A stretch of 64,000 nucleotides of DNA from Bacillota bacterium. Its GTDB lineage: Bacteria > Bacillota > SHA-98 > Ch115 > JABLXJ01. Below, in pieces: positions 58,901 through 64,000 of the stretch. Where the stretch lies: assembly GCA_012839815.1 (NCBI GenBank), contig DUMQ01000124.1, forward strand, positions 5,933 through 69,932, written 5' to 3'. Below the pieces are notes generated by a model. That model had not been told where the DNA came from. It saw nothing but the letters and a program-made list of their open reading frames with translations, and made no database searches. The position numbers were made by a program, and so were the translations under genes. The first letter of the stretch is position 1; each line of letters opens with the position of its first letter.

Positions 58901-59500
58901 TCAGATGGGTTGGAAGAGCTCTACACCGAAATTCTTTAGTATGTCGCTGAGCTTTCTTATGGGAAGGCCGACGACGTTAAAATAACACCCGTCTATACCA
59001 TCGATAATCAGTGCGCCCCGGCCCTGTATGGCGTATGCGCCTGCCTTGCCAAGGGGTTCCCCGGTCTGTACATATTTTTCGATGACATCAGGAGGGATAT
59101 CACGCACCCTGACCGTTGTAACATCATAAGCTACCTGGTATCTCCGGCTCACGGTTTCCACAACCGCAACTCCTGATATGACTTGGTGCGCCCTCCCTGC
59201 CAGCTTCCTCAGCATACTCCTTGCATCTTCCAAGTCGCTGGGCTTACCAATAATCTCTCCATCCAGCACGACAACGGTATCAGAACCAATGACGAGAGCG
59301 TCCTCCCCCGGACCAATCCTTGCGGCCACGTCTTTCCCCTTCGCAAGCGATAGCTTCGAGACCAGCTCAACCGGGTCGGCCGTGGCAAACCTCTCTTCAT
59401 CCACGCAGCTGGGCACCACATCGAATTTCAGGCCAAGCTGTTCAAGAACCCACTTCCTCCCTTGCGAAGCGGATGCCAGTATCAATCTCCTCTCTTTCAT
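58901..59500 (-). CDS. maf: Maf family nucleoside triphosphate pyrophosphatase
   Basis: LILASAS, GSDTVV, GKP, EPLGKAGAYAIQG, NVVGLP. Confidence 0.95.
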   Translation of the reverse strand: MKERRLILASASQGRKWVLEQLGLKFDVVPSCVDEERFATADPVELVSKLSLAKGKDVAARIGPGEDALVIGSDTVVVLDGEIIGKPSDLEDARSMLRKLAGRAHQVISGVAVVETVSRRYQVAYDVTTVRVRDIPPDVIEKYVQTGEPLGKAGAYAIQGRGALIIDGIDGCYFNVVGLPIRKLSDILKNFGVELFQPI

Positions 59501-59586
59501 CGACCGTATCCCGGGTTCTCCACGCGCACACCCATGTCCATAAGATTCTCCCCCGTACTATCCATATCTGGCATGCCTATACCTGA

Positions 59587-60384
59587 CTACACCCGGTCAC
59601 GACCCAGTCCTAGCTCATCCAGGCCCGGGATCGCAGGTAGTGATCTCTTGTGCTCACTCCGTCTTGCAAGCTCCCGGACGCGCGCCGCCACCTCAGGCGA
59701 CGCCTGGCCAGTCAGGATATACCTGTCAAGCTCCTCATAGGATATCCCCATTTCGCCTTCATCGGTTTGACCCTTCCAGAGACCGGCTGTCGGGGGTTTA
59801 ATGCGTATGTGCTCGGGTATCCCCAGAAATTCCGCCAGCTTCCTGACCTGGGTCTTTACGAGGCTACCGATGGGCAGGAGGTCCACCCCGCCGTCACCGT
59901 GCTTGGTGAAATAGCCCACCGTGAGCTCACTCCTGTTGCCAGTACCCGCCACGAGGTAATTTAGCTTGGATGCAAAATAATACAAGGTGATCATCCGCAG
60001 GCGCGGCTTGATATTGGCGGCTGCAAGATCGGTGGGATTACACAACGACTCCCCCATGCCTCCCCCTGCTCCATCCTCGCTCCCTGCGGGAACCGACGAA
60101 AGAACGGGCAAGAGGGCGTCATACACCGGGGTAAGATCAATCCTTCGCGTGGGGATCCCAAAGACACCGGCAACCTCCAGGGCGTCCTTCACATCCTCAG
60201 GATCGCTGTGACAAGGCATTATGAGGCCCAGGACGCCCTCGGGGAACGCCCGTTTAGCGAGGGCTGCCACGACCGCCGAGTCTATGCCCCCGCTCAAGCC
60301 CACGACCACGCCCCTCGCGCCCGCGTCTCTCACTTTCGACACAAGCCATTTGATGATCCTCGCCGAGACTTCTCCCGGATCCAC
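59587..60384 (-). CDS. nadE: NH3-dependent NAD+ synthetase
   Basis: GLSGGIDSAV, NIKPRLRM, GTGNRSE, GYFTKHGDGG, KPPTAGLW.GQTDE, SEHKR. Confidence 0.95.
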   Translation of the reverse strand: MDPGEVSARIIKWLVSKVRDAGARGVVVGLSGGIDSAVVAALAKRAFPEGVLGLIMPCHSDPEDVKDALEVAGVFGIPTRRIDLTPVYDALLPVLSSVPAGSEDGAGGGMGESLCNPTDLAAANIKPRLRMITLYYFASKLNYLVAGTGNRSELTVGYFTKHGDGGVDLLPIGSLVKTQVRKLAEFLGIPEHIRIKPPTAGLWKGQTDEGEMGISYEELDRYILTGQASPEVAARVRELARRSEHKRSLPAIPGLDELGLGRDRV

Positions 60385-60465
60385 CAGCCGTCACTCCCAA
60401 TTTACAACTTATCCATCTACTACTGTTATATCATCTACTACTTTTACTTCGATTTCCACTTTCGT

Positions 60466-61368
60466 CTACTTCGCGACGCAGCACCCTGCGGAATCCTCAT
60501 TCCTCGTCGAGGGCCTCCCACTGGCGCCCACGCCAGCTTCCACCGCGACACGCGAGTCACTTTCATTTGCCATTGTTATGCATTTGGTTGGACACTTCTC
60601 AATGCACTTCCCACAGTTATCACATTTATCAGGGATAATTCGAGCCAGGTTATCCTCGAGTACGATAGCGGAATTCGGGCATGTCTTAACACAAATCCCG
60701 CAGCCTATACACCCGACCTTGCATACCTTCCTGACCTCGGCCCCCCGTGCATGCGACCTGCAAAGCACGTGAGTCCTCTTGGACACGGGCACAAGGGCTA
60801 TAATGCCCCGCGGGCAGGCCGCGATACACTTGCCGCAACCCGTACACTTTATCTCGTCGATAACCGGGAGTCCATCCGACCCCATCTCTATGGCTCCAAA
60901 CGGGCACGCCTTCACGCATGTTCCAAAGCCAAGGCAGCCAAATGTACACGCCTTTGGCCCCCCGCTCACGAGTTCAGCAGCCCTGCAATCCTTTATGCCT
61001 ATATAGGCAAACCTGCTCGAGGCCTTATCTGCGCCGCCGCCGCACATAACCCTGGCGACCTGGCGCTCCCTGGCATGGACAGCCTGGATACCCATGATCC
61101 CGGCTATCTTGTCAGCCACCGCCTGGCCACCGACGGGACACCCGTCAACAGGGGCCGAACCGCCTACAATGGCCGACGCGAGCCCGCTGCAGCCCGGGTA
61201 ACCGCACCCGCCGCAATTCGCGCCGGGCAGGACCCCGGTGATCTTCTCGATCCTGGGATCCGATTCAACCGCGAACTTCTTCGCCGCAAGGCCGAGCATA
61301 ATCCCAAATACAGCCCCCAGCCCCGCAAGACTCAAAATAGCCTTGAGGTATATCATTCCAGTCGCCAC
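60466..61368 (-). CDS. rnfB: Rnf electron transport complex subunit B
   Basis: LPGANCGGCGYPGC, CPVGG, CTFGCLGFGTCVKACPF, multiple ferredoxin motifs. Confidence 0.93.
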   Translation of the reverse strand: MATGMIYLKAILSLAGLGAVFGIMLGLAAKKFAVESDPRIEKITGVLPGANCGGCGYPGCSGLASAIVGGSAPVDGCPVGGQAVADKIAGIMGIQAVHARERQVARVMCGGGADKASSRFAYIGIKDCRAAELVSGGPKACTFGCLGFGTCVKACPFGAIEMGSDGLPVIDEIKCTGCGKCIAACPRGIIALVPVSKRTHVLCRSHARGAEVRKVCKVGCIGCGICVKTCPNSAIVLEDNLARIIPDKCDNCGKCIEKCPTKCITMANESDSRVAVEAGVGASGRPSTRNEDSAGCCVAK

Positions 61369-61437
61369 TCTCCTCTCCTCACGTCCCTTGAACCTTGCGT
61401 CCTATGCCTGCGCCACCCATATGCATACGTCCCGCCC

Positions 61438-62043
61438 TCATAGGCCGAACAGGGCCGCCAGCTTGAAGCCGGTGAATCCCAGAAAAGCAATGGACATGAG
61501 GCCCGCCGTTATCAAGGCCAGCGGGAACCCCTTTAACGCCTCAGGGATCGGCGCGAAATCAAGCCTTTCGCGTATTCCGGCGAACAGGATTATAGCGAGC
61601 GTGAAACCCGCCGCGCCTGCTATACCATTCACGGCAGTCTGGATGATATCATAGTTCTCGCGTATATTTATAATAGCTACACCCAGCACCGCGCAATTCG
61701 TGGTGATGAGCGGGAGATAAATGCCGAGCGCCTGGTATAACGTCGGGCTCACCTTCAAGATCACCATCTCGACGAGCTGGACAAGGGCGGCTATAACCAG
61801 GATAAAGGCGATCGTCTGCAGGTACCCCAGGTCGAGCGGGACCAGGATATAATACTGGACCGCCCAGGTAATCACCGAGGCCACCGCCATTACAAAGATG
61901 ACCGCCATTCCCATACCCGCCGCAGTCTCTATCCGCTTGGATACACCTATAAACGGGCAGATACCTAAAAATCTCGACAGGATAAAGTTATTGAGAAGAA
62001 CTCCTGCAAAGAATATAACCAGGAGCTCTCGCATTGTCCTCAC
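61438..62043 (-). CDS. rnfA: Rnf complex subunit A
   Basis: NNFILSRFLGICPF, LGIYLPLITTNCAVLG, AGIRERL. Confidence 0.95.
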   Translation of the reverse strand: MRTMRELLVIFFAGVLLNNFILSRFLGICPFIGVSKRIETAAGMGMAVIFVMAVASVITWAVQYYILVPLDLGYLQTIAFILVIAALVQLVEMVILKVSPTLYQALGIYLPLITTNCAVLGVAIINIRENYDIIQTAVNGIAGAAGFTLAIILFAGIRERLDFAPIPEALKGFPLALITAGLMSIAFLGFTGFKLAALFGL

Positions 62044-62166
62044 TCTCCTCTGATCATAGCTGAAACAAACGCGAAATGCAACTACACTTAGGTATTACTT
62101 CCATCCAACCAAACCATTATTTACCGCCCCGTTCCCTCACGTCCTGCGCTACGCTGCGATGGCCTA

Positions 62167-62781
62167 CTACGCCTTACGCCTGGTGAGCGTGTTTATCAAT
62201 CCTATGAGCAAGCCCAGAGTTATAAACGCGCCAGGCGGGAGCAGCATCATGACCGGAGCGAAGTCCTTATTAAAGATGTGGATGCCGGGAAAGCCGAAAT
62301 CGGGCGCCGCAAGAATGGTGCCCGTCCCAAGTAGCTCCCTGATCGCGCTCAGGAGCGTGAGTGCCAGCGTAAACCCAAGCCCCATGCCGAGCCCGTCGGC
62401 TAGCGAGTTCACAACGGGGTTCTTGGAGGCAAAGGCCTCTGCCCTTGCCAGGATGATGCAGTTGACAACGATCAACGGGATGAATATCCCGAGTACCTTA
62501 TGAAGCCCCGGGGTGAAGGCCGCCATCACGAGATCCACAATGGTTACGAATGAGGCTATGACAACTACGAAGCATGGTATCCTGATCTTTGGAGGAATGA
62601 ACGACCTGAGCAGCGAGACTATGACATTCGACCCAACCAGAACGAAGGTTGCCGCTATCCCCATACCTATCCCGTTTGTAACGGCCAGGCTCGTGGCAAG
62701 AACCGGGCACATGCCGATCAAGAGTCGGAAAGTCGGGTTCTCATTACCCAGCCCATTCTTGAAATCCGAGAAGACACTCAT
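62167..62781 (-). CDS. rnfE: Rnf complex subunit E
   Basis: NENPTF...GMCP.LA, LGIFIPLIVVNCIILARAE, LPPGAF. Confidence 0.95.
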   Translation of the reverse strand: MSVFSDFKNGLGNENPTFRLLIGMCPVLATSLAVTNGIGMGIAATFVLVGSNVIVSLLRSFIPPKIRIPCFVVVIASFVTIVDLVMAAFTPGLHKVLGIFIPLIVVNCIILARAEAFASKNPVVNSLADGLGMGLGFTLALTLLSAIRELLGTGTILAAPDFGFPGIHIFNKDFAPVMMLLPPGAFITLGLLIGLINTLTRRKA

Positions 62782-63362
62782 TTCGCCAAAACCCCCTTGG
62801 AGAGCATCAATTGGAAAGTGCGAAGCGCCGCTTCGACTCCCTTTGCGACCGCCCGGGACGATATCGTCGCCCCCGTAAGGCCCTGTATATCCCCGCCATC
62901 CTTCGTAAGCTTCACAGGAGAACCGGCGACCTTGCCCTTGAATCTTCCCTCAAAATCCGGGCTCGCCACGTTCGCCCCGAGCCCCGGGGTTTCCTGCTGG
63001 CTGATAACCGTCACACCTTGAACGACACCATCCGACGATATCCCGACGATGCTCTCGATCGGCCCCCCATAACCGGCAGGGGCCACGCGGACCGCTACCC
63101 CGACGGGCTTCCCACCGGAGTAACCTACATAGATGCCTCGAACGATGGATGAGTCGGGTCCGGTGAGATAGGATTTCATCTTCCCTGTCTCATCTCGGAA
63201 ATCCTTTGCTGACGCGAGGACGCTCTGCAGCGCATGCTCCTCCTCGAGGGCCTTCTGGGCGGCTATGCGGTCCTCGGTGATGTCATTTACATAAGCGAGA
63301 ACGGCAGCAGCAACACCGCATATTAACAACAATATGACGCCAAGCCTTATAACATCACGCAC
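62778..63362 (-). CDS. rnfG: Rnf complex subunit G
   Basis: GYGGPI, ETPGLG, FMN-attachment motif LTGATISS. Confidence 0.93.
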   Translation of the reverse strand: MRDVIRLGVILLLICGVAAAVLAYVNDITEDRIAAQKALEEEHALQSVLASAKDFRDETGKMKSYLTGPDSSIVRGIYVGYSGGKPVGVAVRVAPAGYGGPIESIVGISSDGVVQGVTVISQQETPGLGANVASPDFEGRFKGKVAGSPVKLTKDGGDIQGLTGATISSRAVAKGVEAALRTFQLMLSKGVLAK

Positions 63363-64000
63363 TCCGCCTCACCTCCCCAAATCTTCTCGGCCTCGTAAAT
63401 TTATCGAGCACAGCCGTAGCCGCATCCATTATAAGGATCGCGTAACATACCCCTTCCGGGTAGCCGCCGAAGAGCCTGATCATTACGGTGAGGACGCCGC
63501 ACCCGATGCCAAAAAGGGCTTGCCCTCTCGGCGTCACAGGTGTGCTCACGTAGTCAGTGGCCATAAAGAAGGCGCCCAGCATGAGTCCGCCAGCCAAGAC
63601 ATGGAATAACGGGTCCTGCCTGAAGAGAGCAGACAGCACGGCAACCGTGCCGATGAAATAGCCTGGTATCCTGAGAGTTATGTGACCACGCCATATGAGG
63701 TAGAGCGCACCCAAGAGTATGGCAGGGACCGATGTTTCACCGATGCATCCCGCGACATTCCCGAAGAAAAGGGCCGCATACGGGGTCTTGATCCCTGATA
63801 GCTTGAGCAGCGCGAGCGGCGTCGCCGTGGTAAGGGCATCAAATCCTTGCATCCAGGGTGCCTGGCTTACAGGCCACACCCACCGGGTCATCAGCACCGG
63901 CCAGGATGCGAGAAGCACGGCCCTACCTATGAGGGCCGGGTTGAAAGGGTTTTGCCCTAGCCCGCCGAAGACATGCTTTGCAATCCCGATTGCCACGATC
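63355..64000 (-). CDS. rnfD: Rnf complex subunit D (3' part; runs off the window end)
   Basis: KHVFGGLGQNPFNPAL, TTATPL, G.IGETS, AFFMATDY, GGYPEG. Confidence 0.93.
   Translation of the reverse strand, partial: IVAIGIAKHVFGGLGQNPFNPALIGRAVLLASWPVLMTRWVWPVSQAPWMQGFDALTTATPLALLKLSGIKTPYAALFFGNVAGCIGETSVPAILLGALYLIWRGHITLRIPGYFIGTVAVLSALFRQDPLFHVLAGGLMLGAFFMATDYVSTPVTPRGQALFGIGCGVLTVMIRLFGGYPEGVCYAILIMDAATAVLDKFTRPRRFGEVRRSA

Noticed and set aside
60208-61443. Long antisense or overlapping ORFs (411 aa here; also 17027-18148, 25831-26970, 39221-40279, 43493-44428 and many shorter)
   Set aside because: They lie opposite or out of frame with well-supported genes, lack motifs, and are expected in GC-rich DNA.
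62078-62098. AACTACACTTAGGTATTA, resembling the end of F2 copy B
   Set aside because: Only about 15 nt of similarity with no second end or core. Could be a relic but cannot be supported.
1-64000. CRISPR array, rRNA, tRNA, transposase or integrase genes
   Set aside because: No regularly spaced repeat-spacer array, no tRNA or rRNA signature and no DDE, HUH or recombinase motif was recognised.

Overview
A 64 kb chromosomal segment of a fairly GC-rich (by eye) Bacillota bacterium, probably a spore former. The Clostridia-type minCDE and rnf order, T-box control and SleL-, SpoIIP- and AbrB-like genes point this way. Housekeeping blocks: a T-box-controlled trpEGDCFBA operon, ilvE, queG, and the run rnf(D)GEAB-nadE-maf-radC-mreBCD-pbp2-minCDE-rodA. 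Most notable accessory locus (6150-14174, minus strand): an apparent three-part regulatory system. (1) A histidine kinase whose N-terminus is an RbsA-like ABC ATPase domain fused to GAF and HisKA_2/HATPase domains. (2) A REC-ANTAR response regulator. (3) A two-hairpin, ANTAR-like RNA element overlapping an intrinsic terminator in the leader of an operon for a UroD-fold enzyme and a sugar ABC importer. The window also holds two families of short non-coding palindromic repeats (MITE-like). They are nested at 34.0-34.5 kb, supply the stop codons of trpG and queG, and in one family the core is inverted relative to the flanks between copies. Two Endonuclease Q paralogues (one fused to a UvrD helicase) share a 193-bp near-identical tract. 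No rRNA, tRNA, CRISPR array or transposase was recognised. All product calls are from motif recognition by eye, not database searches.
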